64,000 nucleotides of DNA from Shigella phage JK32. The notes below the pieces were generated by a model that was not told where the DNA came from, made no database searches, and saw only the letters and a list, made by a program, of their open reading frames with translations. Positions 54,583 through 63,900 of this stretch are shown here, piece after piece; position 1 is the first letter of the stretch; the number at the start of each line of letters is the position of its first letter. The DNA lies in sequence record MK962753.1, one strand, 5' to 3'. A program made the position numbers and the translations under genes.

Positions 54583-55152
54583 TTACACCTTCTTACGTTC
54601 TAAAATTTGTTCGCTGATCAGGTAATCATCAAGGAAGTAATTATGTTCTTCTTTTGTTGCAAAGTCAAAATATAATTCCTGAATCATTTCCTTAGAGATA
54701 CCAACATCATATTCAAATGGATCGTTGATTCCTGAACGTTGAACATACGTTAACACAATACGATCCGCAAAGTCAACCGCTTTTTCAATCAGGGAAGGTC
54801 CACCGATAACACTTACCAAACCTTGCGTTTTCTCTAGGGCTTTTAACAGATCCTTCAATTCAATTCCAGTGTACACATCAGGTTGGTCGCCGTTTTTGGC
54901 TTTAGGTGTCGGTTTGCTGGCATCGGTACTAATAACCACATTAAGACGACCTTCCAGTGCTTTAGGCAGACTTTCAAAGGTATTACGTCCCATTACTACC
55001 GCCGCAAGATCAACATCTCCCATAGTGCGCATTTTAAAGTTTTCCATGTCCTTTTTGATTGGACGACCCCACGGTAAACCGCCTTTAAAACCAAAAGCCC
55101 AGTTTTCATCTGACATTTTAGTGTCACCAATCGCAAATACACATTGAATCAT
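54583..55152 (-). CDS. frd: Dihydrofolate reductase
   Basis: DHFR motifs (GGLPWGRP, VMGRNTFESLP, VIGGPSL); synteny td-frd. Confidence 0.88.
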   Translation of the reverse strand: MIQCVFAIGDTKMSDENWAFGFKGGLPWGRPIKKDMENFKMRTMGDVDLAAVVMGRNTFESLPKALEGRLNVVISTDASKPTPKAKNGDQPDVYTGIELKDLLKALEKTQGLVSVIGGPSLIEKAVDFADRIVLTYVQRSGINDPFEYDVGISKEMIQELYFDFATKEEHNYFLDDYLISEQILERKKV

Positions 55153-55167
55153 AATATAAATCTCCCA

Positions 55168-55497
55168 TCAAATCAGTTTGAAATAGTTTTCGTTTACATT
55201 TTCTTCTGTGATTGCTGTCTTAAATTCTTGACCGTTATCCGGTGTGATGAAATAACGGTCAGAATAATCACGAAAACGTTTTAAGTGAGATACCCCAACA
55301 TTAACACCATTTTCCCAGAAACGAAAGGTAATCATTTTTGGTTCATATCGATAGTCGCTGGTTAACACAGTACCATCCCCGCGACGGGCTTCATAAACCG
55401 TAATACATTCACGATTGGCGGCTTTTAGGCATTCTTCAATAGTGCCACATGAGATAATACTTACTTTTTCATCTACGATTTGTTCTACAGTCCACAT
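55168..55497 (-). CDS. Hypothetical early protein (109 aa)
   Basis: Start at ATG 55497 with RBS AGAGGA downstream of promoter cassette. Confidence 0.5.
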   Translation of the reverse strand: MWTVEQIVDEKVSIISCGTIEECLKAANRECITVYEARRGDGTVLTSDYRYEPKMITFRFWENGVNVGVSHLKRFRDYSDRYFITPDNGQEFKTAITEENVNENYFKLI

Positions 55498-55524
55498 AAT
55501 ATAATCCTCTCTTTGTTTCGATAT

Positions 55525-55562
55525 GTACATTATACACTATTGCGTTACGCTGTCAACTCTTT
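55525..55562 (-). promoter_or_regulatory. Early promoter cassette, copy 14
   Basis: TTGACA-16 nt (contains GCGTAACGC palindrome)-TATAAT. Confidence 0.55.
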
Positions 55563-56783
55563 TTCAAAAGTTTTTACGATATACATGATAGTGCTCAATT
55601 CTGACGGCGCTACTGTTTCTGTGTAGCCATCCGGCATATCTTCTTTTGAGATATAGGAAGTTTTACCTTTCATCGCTTCCTTGATCTTGTTCTCTAATTC
55701 TAAGATCTTTTGACCATCTTGTAAAGTCAATTCATAAAAGATCTCGTGATCGAATTTAGATTTTGCTGATTGGTTTCTCATACGTTCTCTTGTTGTCAAA
55801 TTGGTTATTCCAAATTTAACACCTTCAAAAACGTCTCGTCTTAACAATTTTTGAATATATAATGTTCCTTGTTTTAAACGTTTGTAACCAGATTTCGTAC
55901 ACGAAGGACATCTCTTATGCGTTCTTGTTATGCTATGTATAGTTGGTGTCCAGACGCTACCACATCCACATAACATTGATATTCTTGTTGATGACCCGTT
56001 ATACTCATCGATAATTCCATTATATTTGATGTTTTCGGATTTACATATAGAGTATATTATTTTTTCATAGTGCTCTAATGGTTTAATTCTAAGACTTGAA
56101 TTATTTTTATATGCACATATTCTGCAATTATAACCTCTAAGAAAACTAGTTACATCAGTTGTATATGCGTGACCTCCGGTGCATTGTATAGTAAGTTTGG
56201 TATCATGTGTGATATCGTTATCAAGTAAAGTTATTATTTTGTAATTAATTGCTGAACATCTTTTCAAGATTTCTGATTTGTAATACGTTGATTTTTTATT
56301 CGTCTCTTGTATATTTTTTGTGTGACATTGTGGACATCTAGTTCCTTTCTTGGTGAAATGTGTTACTGTTGGTGTATATATGTGTCCATCTAAACATTCA
56401 ATCATTATTTTTGTTTTTAATTTATTCGAAGTCCATTCACCAACAACGCCACGATATTTCAACTTTTCGGATTTACATATTTCTATAATTTGTTTCTCTT
56501 GTTGTTCTTTTGTTATATATTCTCGCTTCTTGCTTTTTTGTTTTGCACATTTTGGGCATCTACTGCCTTGTTTTATACTAGATACGATAGGTTCCCAATA
56601 ATGACCGCACTTACAAAGTAAGGCCGTGCGAGTTCTATTCCCGATACATTCACCAATAAACCCCAAAAAGTTTATATCATCGGAAGAACACACATCGTGC
56701 ATAAATTTTTCATGTTCTAACATCTTTTTAATTTTGCTGGTGGATAGCATATTGACTATATCTTTAACGAAATATGTTTTCAT
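55545..56783 (-). CDS. Zn-ribbon-repeat protein with conserved C-terminal domain ending PDGYTET (paralogue of 20168..21253)
   Basis: Four tandem C.CGH.(W/Y).PT.........CP.C modules, then C-terminal LYIQKL...VKFGIT...R..R...PDGYTET domain; start at ATG 56783. Confidence 0.6.
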   Translation of the reverse strand: MKTYFVKDIVNMLSTSKIKKMLEHEKFMHDVCSSDDINFLGFIGECIGNRTRTALLCKCGHYWEPIVSSIKQGSRCPKCAKQKSKKREYITKEQQEKQIIEICKSEKLKYRGVVGEWTSNKLKTKIMIECLDGHIYTPTVTHFTKKGTRCPQCHTKNIQETNKKSTYYKSEILKRCSAINYKIITLLDNDITHDTKLTIQCTGGHAYTTDVTSFLRGYNCRICAYKNNSSLRIKPLEHYEKIIYSICKSENIKYNGIIDEYNGSSTRISMLCGCGSVWTPTIHSITRTHKRCPSCTKSGYKRLKQGTLYIQKLLRRDVFEGVKFGITNLTTRERMRNQSAKSKFDHEIFYELTLQDGQKILELENKIKEAMKGKTSYISKEDMPDGYTETVAPSELSTIMYIVKTFEKELTA

Positions 56784-56807
56784 TTTTATCCTCCGTTGTT
56801 TCGATGA

Positions 56808-56845
56808 GTGCATTATACATTATCTCGGATCGGTGTCAATACCTT
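56808..56845 (-). promoter_or_regulatory. Early promoter cassette, copy 15
   Basis: TTGACA-16 nt-TATAAT with conserved CGAAACAACGGAGGA leader. Confidence 0.55.
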
Positions 56846-56865
56846 TTCATAAAATTTTAGGCAAT

Positions 56866-56890
56866 AAAAAGCCTTCCCGAAGGAAGGCTT
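56866..56890 (-). terminator. Rho-independent terminator after gene 32
   Basis: GCCTTCC-CGAA-GGAAGGC hairpin plus U-run on minus transcript. Confidence 0.65.
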
Positions 56891-56909
56891 AAAATTACTT
56901 ATAAATCAA

Positions 56910-57857
56910 TCACATAGCCAACAAGCTATCAAGGTCATCCAGATCAGAAGCGGAGGAACTACCGCCACCCAGATCCAGAGATGTCATCAGATCATCAGCG
57001 GAAGAACTCGACGCGGTGCTCATTGCGCTAGTTCCTGCATCGAATGCATTCATCTGAGCATCAAAATCATCAAGCTGGCTGTTAATCGCTGCCGCAGCAC
57101 CAGAAGCCGAAGCACCAGCTACCAGACTTACACCTTTAACTTTCTTAAATTTAGCATCCAGTTCCTCGAAAGATTTAAACTGGTCTTTTGCTACGATAAC
57201 ATCAATATCTACCATGTTTTCGAACAGATATTTCTGGAATGCTTCATCTTCGATGTTCGGAATCGCTGATTGCTGCATGAAACGTGAATCATCGTAGTTC
57301 AGGAATTTATCTACTTTCTTAGCTTTCAGAAGGAAGTTAGCGCCTTCGAACGGACATACGATGTTTACAGGTTTTTCGCCCAATTCCGTGTTTACGTTGC
57401 TCATTGCCAGAATCTTGTCATAAATTTTCTTACCGAAGCGGAATTTAAATACTTTACCTTCGTTTTCCGGCGCTTTCGGATCTTTCATGACCAGAATGTT
57501 TGCGAAGTAAGAAGATTTACGCTTAACATCTTGATATTCTTTATTGTTGGTGTTGTACAGGTCATTTTCGCTAATGTATTTGCACACAGGGCAAGAATCA
57601 AAATCACCGTGGGTGCTAGGGCAGTTTTCCCAATAATACTTACCATTTACTTTGAAAGAATGGTTTACAAGGTTGATGATCGGTAAACCGTCTTCGGTGC
57701 GTGCTGGAAGAAAACGAATCACCGCTTCACCGTTACCCGCCGCGTCAGTTTTAATCTTCCACTCTTTCGGATCTTCTTTGGAGAAACCGTTGCTACCTTT
57801 CAGTGCTGCCAGTTGAGCTTGCAGTTTGGAAGAATCTTGACGACGAAAAATGTTCAT
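56910..57857 (-). CDS. 32: Single-stranded DNA-binding protein gp32
   Basis: Resembles T4 gp32 (Zn-site [25 protein letters not shown], acidic Ser/Asp-rich C-terminus); start at ATG 57857 with RBS AAGAGG. Confidence 0.92.
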   Translation of the reverse strand: MNIFRRQDSSKLQAQLAALKGSNGFSKEDPKEWKIKTDAAGNGEAVIRFLPARTEDGLPIINLVNHSFKVNGKYYWENCPSTHGDFDSCPVCKYISENDLYNTNNKEYQDVKRKSSYFANILVMKDPKAPENEGKVFKFRFGKKIYDKILAMSNVNTELGEKPVNIVCPFEGANFLLKAKKVDKFLNYDDSRFMQQSAIPNIEDEAFQKYLFENMVDIDVIVAKDQFKSFEELDAKFKKVKGVSLVAGASASGAAAAINSQLDDFDAQMNAFDAGTSAMSTASSSSADDLMTSLDLGGGSSSASDLDDLDSLLAM

Positions 57858-57923
57858 AATTATACCTCTTTTATACATTAACTATTAATTTGCTAGACTA
57901 TTATACAGATTTAAATTTACTTG

Positions 57924-58604
57924 TCAACTATTTGTTTCGGCTTTTAATTGAGATATTTCTTTACACTCTTTAACTACTTTAACAAATAATGCTCTTGCTT
58001 TTGCGGCGTCAATAACAAGTAGTTTCTTGTACGCCTTCATTTTAACACTATAAGTTTGCCAAATCAAGTCTTTGGCTACCTTGTCGTGTTCGTCGATTAT
58101 ATTTAGAAAGCTATCTAACAACATAAACGACTCAAACGATATAATCCGATTTTGCAGTAGTTTAAAGATACCGCTAGTTTCGGTTGCGGGATTGTATGTA
58201 ATTAGCTCTTTAAGAGTAACCCCGCGTTTCTCGGAGAAGTATACCAGACTTTTAATGTCATCGTCAAATCTTGTTGCTGCATCGGTTATCTTTCCTATGT
58301 ATTCCATATAAAAGCCGTATGCGTCAACATCAGTGATTTCACCTACCCATGCATCGGTATTGGCTACCAGATTGCTTAGGAATAGAAAGTATAATTCTCT
58401 TAGATTGTACTTTTCCGCTAATTTTGCGAAATAATACTTATCTCTGCGTTTATTGAATGCGGCATCAGACAACCGCATCCTCCAATTGTATTTTACGCAA
58501 TCATAACGCCCGTTCATATGAGCTTTCATCATGCAATATAACATATACACAGATTTAGCATTAATTCGCATATCTGGATCTGGAGGAAGACGGTTTCTGA
58601 TCAT
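57924..58604 (-). CDS. 59: Helicase loader gp59
   Basis: Resembles T4 gp59 (KSVY.LY.M.K.HMNG.YD..KYNW.MR.SDAA..KRRDKY.F.KL). Confidence 0.88.
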   Translation of the reverse strand: MIRNRLPPDPDMRINAKSVYMLYCMMKAHMNGRYDCVKYNWRMRLSDAAFNKRRDKYYFAKLAEKYNLRELYFLFLSNLVANTDAWVGEITDVDAYGFYMEYIGKITDAATRFDDDIKSLVYFSEKRGVTLKELITYNPATETSGIFKLLQNRIISFESFMLLDSFLNIIDEHDKVAKDLIWQTYSVKMKAYKKLLVIDAAKARALFVKVVKECKEISQLKAETNS

Positions 58605-58613
58605 ACATACCCC

Positions 58614-58883
58614 TTAAATATCGAGAGTGTTGGTCGGTTCGTCGATCACTCCCTTCCTGAGCGTTCTATTTACTATACATTCTTGTGTGATCTTGTCAAT
58701 AATGGACACCGGAATATACTTCTGATAGTGACCATATTCGATAGAGTTTTCCTCTACAAACTGAGTTGTCGCTTCAAGATAAGTCAATCCCTCTTCAACA
58801 ACCAGTTTTTCGATTGCAAGACCGTTTGCTGTTTTGTTCGCGGCTTTTACCGCATGTTCATTAAGCATTGAACACCCGATCAT
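58614..58883 (-). CDS. 33: Late-transcription accessory protein gp33
   Basis: Resembles T4 gp33 core (IEKLVVEEGLTYLEATTQFVEENSI); exact start ambiguous. Confidence 0.75.
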   Translation of the reverse strand: MIGCSMLNEHAVKAANKTANGLAIEKLVVEEGLTYLEATTQFVEENSIEYGHYQKYIPVSIIDKITQECIVNRTLRKGVIDEPTNTLDI

Positions 58884-59136
58884 AGAGTTCTACTGCTTCG
58901 TCGCGTTCTGCTTCGAAGGTTTCGCGCTGTTGTTGGTGATACAGTTTAAACAGAATGCCCCACATTTTACCGTCTACGCCTAATTCTTCTTTAGCACGCT
59001 GCTTGATCTCTTTGATCTTATCGCCGTATGCTTCTTGAATGGTTTTCTGATCGCTGGCTTCTTTAATCAGTTGTGCCAGGGTATTTCCGTGCACTGCTTC
59101 ATCAAATACTACTTTTTCTTTTTTCTGTTCAGTCAT
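58861..59136 (-). CDS. dsbA: dsDNA-binding protein DsbA
   Basis: 91 aa, position between 33 and rnh as in T4. Confidence 0.7.
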   Translation of the reverse strand: MTEQKKEKVVFDEAVHGNTLAQLIKEASDQKTIQEAYGDKIKEIKQRAKEELGVDGKMWGILFKLYHQQQRETFEAERDEAVELYDRVFNA

Positions 59137-59140
59137 AATA

Positions 59141-59737
59141 TTAACCCTCTTTAATCATTAATTGAAAACCACGTTCAGCTTTTGAGATTTCGCTAGGACT
59201 TAAATCATCGCTGACATATTCTAGCATCATTTCTCTGATAATGTCAAGTGCTTTTTCATCACCTGATTTTAACTCGAACTCAAGTTCATAGTGGGCATCG
59301 CCCATTCCTTCGTCTAAACGTCGATAATAGAAAGTGTCTTTGCACATTTCCACTATACCACAACCCATATCTAGAGTCAATGACTTGCGATGTGTCATTA
59401 TCTGCATTAGAGGAATGACATGTTCTGAGTTCACCCCTAGACTATCAACAAAATGGGCGAACTCATCCCATTTTGAAAACGTCACTTCCTCACGGTTGAA
59501 CAGTCCAGATTCACTATCTCCAATTTTGACCATGACTAATGTTCTGTAAACGTCAAGTCGTGCATAAATTCCTTTTCGACGTAGTGCATGGTCTTCGGTG
59601 TCATAATAAAACTCGTGTTTTAATATGTTATCTCTGTCTACGAGATTGTACCCGTCATACATTGCTACCCACACATCATGGATTGTTTCTACACCTTCCT
59701 GTGAGTGTGCATAGTATTTTAATTCAAGTTCTTTCAT
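59141..59737 (-). CDS. CYTH-domain (triphosphate tunnel metalloenzyme) protein
   Basis: N-terminal ExExK (ELELK), central YYDTED..LRRKG, C-terminal acidic ELEFELK strand, as in CYTH/CyaB-ThTPase family. Confidence 0.6.
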   Translation of the reverse strand: MKELELKYYAHSQEGVETIHDVWVAMYDGYNLVDRDNILKHEFYYDTEDHALRRKGIYARLDVYRTLVMVKIGDSESGLFNREEVTFSKWDEFAHFVDSLGVNSEHVIPLMQIMTHRKSLTLDMGCGIVEMCKDTFYYRRLDEGMGDAHYELEFELKSGDEKALDIIREMMLEYVSDDLSPSEISKAERGFQLMIKEG

Positions 59738-59747
59738 GTGTCAACCC

Positions 59748-60695
59748 TTAGAACTCACCAATTTTCTGCAACATTTTAACTAACGCATTTGTTACAAAAT
59801 AGTTATAAATCTTACCGCGTGGTGCTGGTTTAGATTTTTCCCATTCTAACAAAATTTCATATTCGATGTTATCGGGAATAAATTCAAAATCAATAAGTTC
59901 GCGGTTTTCGTCAAAACGTCGTGCTTCTTCCTCTGTCATCAAAGACTTTGGATCTTCGGCATTGAAAATTTGCTCTAACCATTTGGTTGCAATTGGTTTA
60001 GCTCGTTCCCCTTCCAGTCGTGAGATAATGAAATCACTACGGCACTTGATAGAAGCTACACCGTCTTTTGCGTCACCCTTAACACATTTTACCATAAGGT
60101 CTTTGTAAGGGCTACCATATTTGCATTTCTTCCATGCTTTCTGTACTGGCGCCCACTGTTTCACGTTTTTGTATTTGTGCAACTGTGTGTAGTCACCATC
60201 GCCGGAGTTGATTAGCACCTGGCGACCTTCTACAGAAAACTTTTTAGTTAACACAGCGATTATATCATCCGCTTCAACTTTGTCAACCTTAATAACGTGA
60301 TAAGGCATGTTCTCTTTAAACTCTTCGGTGATCTTATTGATCGCAGCAAAGATCATCTCCCAATCACGCGGATCTGCGTCTCGTTTTTCCTTACGGTTAC
60401 GCTTGTAATAAGGTGCGATATCACGTCGCCAGTAACCTTTGCTTGAATCAAAAGCAAGTACCGTGATTGGGTATTGCTCTTTGAATTTTGTCATATTATA
60501 ACGCATGGTGTCAAGAATAAGATGACGGATCATGCCTTCACTAATAGGATCTTCCGGTTTAAAGGTATGCGAGATAGTAGCAATCATAAGCTGCGACATA
60601 TCAATCAAATGCACACCTTCCGGTAGTTTATCTTCTGGATCATCGAAGAAATCATTAAGTGTAGCGGTAGTTTTTGTAAACGGGTTATACGTCAT
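59748..60695 (-). CDS. rnh: RNase H / 5'-3' flap exonuclease
   Basis: Resembles T4 RNase H (GYWRRD.A.YYK.NR, HKYPNVKQW.P, RGKIY.YFV). Confidence 0.9.
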   Translation of the reverse strand: MTYNPFTKTTATLNDFFDDPEDKLPEGVHLIDMSQLMIATISHTFKPEDPISEGMIRHLILDTMRYNMTKFKEQYPITVLAFDSSKGYWRRDIAPYYKRNRKEKRDADPRDWEMIFAAINKITEEFKENMPYHVIKVDKVEADDIIAVLTKKFSVEGRQVLINSGDGDYTQLHKYKNVKQWAPVQKAWKKCKYGSPYKDLMVKCVKGDAKDGVASIKCRSDFIISRLEGERAKPIATKWLEQIFNAEDPKSLMTEEEARRFDENRELIDFEFIPDNIEYEILLEWEKSKPAPRGKIYNYFVTNALVKMLQKIGEF

Positions 60696-60697
60696 AA

Positions 60698-60883
60698 TTA
60701 AGTTCTCTCCACTCTCACAACAACATATTCGCCAAACGAGTTAGATACTTCACGATCATACCCGTATTTCTCCATAACTCGCAGAATTGCATTGTTTAAT
60801 TCGGCACGGAAATAATTGTAATCCTTATCAGGGATTCTGTCAACTATCCATTTTGCACCGTCTGACAAATCAACTTTAACCAT
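60698..60883 (-). CDS. Hypothetical protein (61 aa)
   Basis: ORF immediately upstream of rnh, divergent from gene 34. Confidence 0.5.
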   Translation of the reverse strand: MVKVDLSDGAKWIVDRIPDKDYNYFRAELNNAILRVMEKYGYDREVSNSFGEYVVVRVERT

Positions 60884-60921
60884 AATATATCATCCTCTTT
60901 TGTTTCTATCAAGCCTCATTT

Positions 60922-60929
60922 TATAAATA
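60922..60929 (+). promoter_or_regulatory. T4-type late promoter (TATAAATA) for gene 34
   Basis: Exact TATAAATA about 28 nt upstream of gene 34 ATG; RBS AAGGAGA. Confidence 0.65.
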
Positions 60930-60957
60930 TGAACATACTATAAAAGGAGACCCAATA

Positions 60958-63900
60958 ATGGCAGATTTTTCTCAACATTTCAAGGCCACATTTGGCTTTG
61001 ACGCTGGTAATGAAAAGGTCGTCAATGTAGCATTGGCTGATAAGAATGTCAACACCGATGCGGTCAACGTTGAATTTTTCAATTACCATAATGGTATTAC
61101 TCAGTATGACACAACTCGCGGTTATGATCAATACGGAACTACAATCTATCAAAACCGTCCGTATTATGCAAAAGAAGATATCACAAAGCCAGCAGGTGAT
61201 TTTGACCCGACTAAATGGCAAGCACTGCGCACGGACCCACGTTGGGATTATATTGCAGCAACTTCCGGTGATACTCCTTTAAAGTCTGGTGATTATATCG
61301 CAGCAGATGGTCAATTTGCAAACTTGACTTTCTCTATGCCAAATAAACCAGCCGAGGGAGACACTATAACAGTAAAAGATATCGGTGGCAAGTGTGGTGT
61401 TAACGAATTATCGTTCTTGAGTTCAGGACATGAGTTTTACCATAACGGTAATGTGTATAACCGAAAATGGTATTGCACTACCCCGTATGCAATGAACTAT
61501 TTCATCTTTGTTCGTAATCGTTGGCATGTTTATCAGACAGGAACAGAGCCACGCGGTGTGTACGCACAACCAGCGATTGATGCTATTCAAATGCAGAATG
61601 GTGATCAGGTATTTCGTCGTAGTTCATTGGGTAATATTACCTTAGTGCTTCCTAAGTTTGCCAACAATGGCGACATGATCCAGACTACAGATCTTGACGG
61701 GTTAACCGCAACCAACCACGTTACGGTTAAAGTTCATGAGCACGCAGAAGAACAATCAATTGGCACGTTCGGTCTAAAAGAGATTATCGGTAAGCGTAGC
61801 GGTCATGGTGTATTCATCTTTGATAAGCCTGAAAACTTATGGCGTGTGTGGGATGGTGATCAGTCTGTTCGTCTTAAACCGATCATCGATGACACTCGCT
61901 TGCAACCTAATAGTTATGTTGCTGTATTTGGTGATCATGATGTTACTCTGACGCTACCGACCAATGTCGAGCCGGGTGATCGTATTCAAGTTTCTATGCA
62001 GTATATGCACGGAAACCAGAATTGCCGTATTATCACCGCCGCAGAGGATACAAAAATCCTTATGCAGAAAAACATGGTTCAGTTTCCTAAGCGTAGCGAG
62101 TACCCATTCAACGGGACCGAGACGTGGAAGGAAGTGTCTGAATTGTCGTTCAATGCAGCTAGTGATTATGTTCCTTATCTGGAGTTCTCTTATTCAGAAG
62201 GTGATGATGGTAAGAAACATTGGTTGGTAGCACATGCTCACCCAATCGTAGAACGGGTAGATCCGACTCGTAAAGCGCGTGTTGGTGTAATTGCACTGGC
62301 TACCCAGAATGAAACGAATAAAAACCATGAAGAGAATCCTAGCGACGAAGTTGCAGTAACGCCAAAAATGCTGGCTAATAAAACAGCCAACGAAACTCGA
62401 CGCGGTATTGCTCGTATTGCTACTCAGGCGGAAACGCATCAAGATACTGGTTCCAGCTTCCTGGATGATGTTATCGTTACACCTAAAAAGTTAAATGACT
62501 GTGTTGCTACCGAAGCCCGTCGTGGTGTGATGGAAATTGCAACCCAGCACGAAACCAATGAAGGTTTAGATGATACCCGCGCTATTACTCCTAAGAAATT
62601 AGAAGAACGTCGCGCATCCGAGGATCTCGCTGGTATTGCTGAAATTGTTCAGGCTGGCGGTAGTGCTGCCGATCGACGTGGCGAAGCTGGTACAGGAATC
62701 TATAACATCAATGACCATGCTAAAATTGTTACGCCACAAAACATCAACGAAGTCAAGGCGACCGAAACTTCCCGTGGTGTTGGCTATCTGGCAACTGACG
62801 CGGAAGTGCAAGGTGCTACAGAATCAACCCCGCAAGATGCTTTACTAATCACGACTCGCACGCTAACGAAACGTACTGCTACCGAATCGCGTACTGGTAT
62901 CGCTGAAATTGCAACTCAGGAAGAAACAAACTTAGGTCAAAGTGATAACCATATCATCACGCCTAAAAAGCTGCATACTCGCCGCGCAACGGAAACTTTA
63001 CACGGTTTAGCAGAAATTGCAACTCAGCCGGAATTTGACGCAGGTCGTGACGACGCTCGCATTTCTACCCCGTTGAAGATTAAAACCTTCTTTGAGAATG
63101 CACAGCGTTTGAAAGTAGATCCGACTCAGGGGCTTAACCTTACTGGTGATTTGTGGCAAGGTATCATGATCAGCGGTCTGGATGCAACCGAAGACACAAA
63201 AGGTGTCGCGAAAGTTGCAACTACTCAGCTTACGGACGCTGGTCAAGATGATACTACAATCATTACTCCTAAAAAGCTGCAAGGCAAAAAGGCCACCGAA
63301 GGTAAAGAAGGTATTATCCGAGTTGGTACTCAAGCCGAAACCGTGGCTGGTGCACTGGCTAATGTAGCAATTTCTCCGAAGAACTTCAAATATGTTGTTC
63401 AGACAGAGGATACATGGAAAGCAACCGAAGCGCGTCGTGGTTTCTTGAAAGTTGCTACTCAGGAAAACTGTTTTGTTGGTGATAATCTACAAGGTTCTAC
63501 TCAAGAGCTAGGAAACTACCAGCATGACGGAATTGCTGTTACCCCGAAAGGATTAAACTACGCACTTGCTAATTTCTTGCCTAAGATGGCAACCGCTCAG
63601 AATAGTTTGAAATTGGGTAACGTAGAGGCCGCTAAATGGGCGCGTAGAGACATTGACCAGACCATTGAGAGCAATTACACGTTTAATAAAAACGTTAACG
63701 TGAAGGGCGATTTAGAGTGCTTAAAATCTGGTTCCTTTGAAACGCTGTTTGTGACTAAGAACTCAACCGACGATCCGAGTAATGGTCATCTGGTGTTGGG
63801 TGAGCGTGGAGTTGATGGTCACACCGGAATTACTCTGCATGGCACAACCGCATCGGAAGGCATGGAAAACTCATGGTCTATTATCGTTGGTGGTACTGGA

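Noticed and set aside
55545-56813. Longer N-terminal forms of several early ORFs in the ORF track (55545..56813, 47889..48164, 50480..50710, 38637..38840, 55168..55530)
   Set aside because: The extra N-terminal residues are translations of the conserved promoter -10/leader region (identical ..SKQRRIKMK in two unrelated proteins); an ATG with a strong RBS lies just downstream in each case, so the shorter starts were used.
33150-56850. Recurring ~40-60-bp GC-palindrome-containing elements that at first glance resemble CRISPR repeats
   Set aside because: Spacing is irregular (hundreds of bp to several kb), each copy sits immediately upstream of an ORF start and contains -35/-10 hexamers plus an RBS, and no cas genes are present; they are promoter cassettes, not a CRISPR array.
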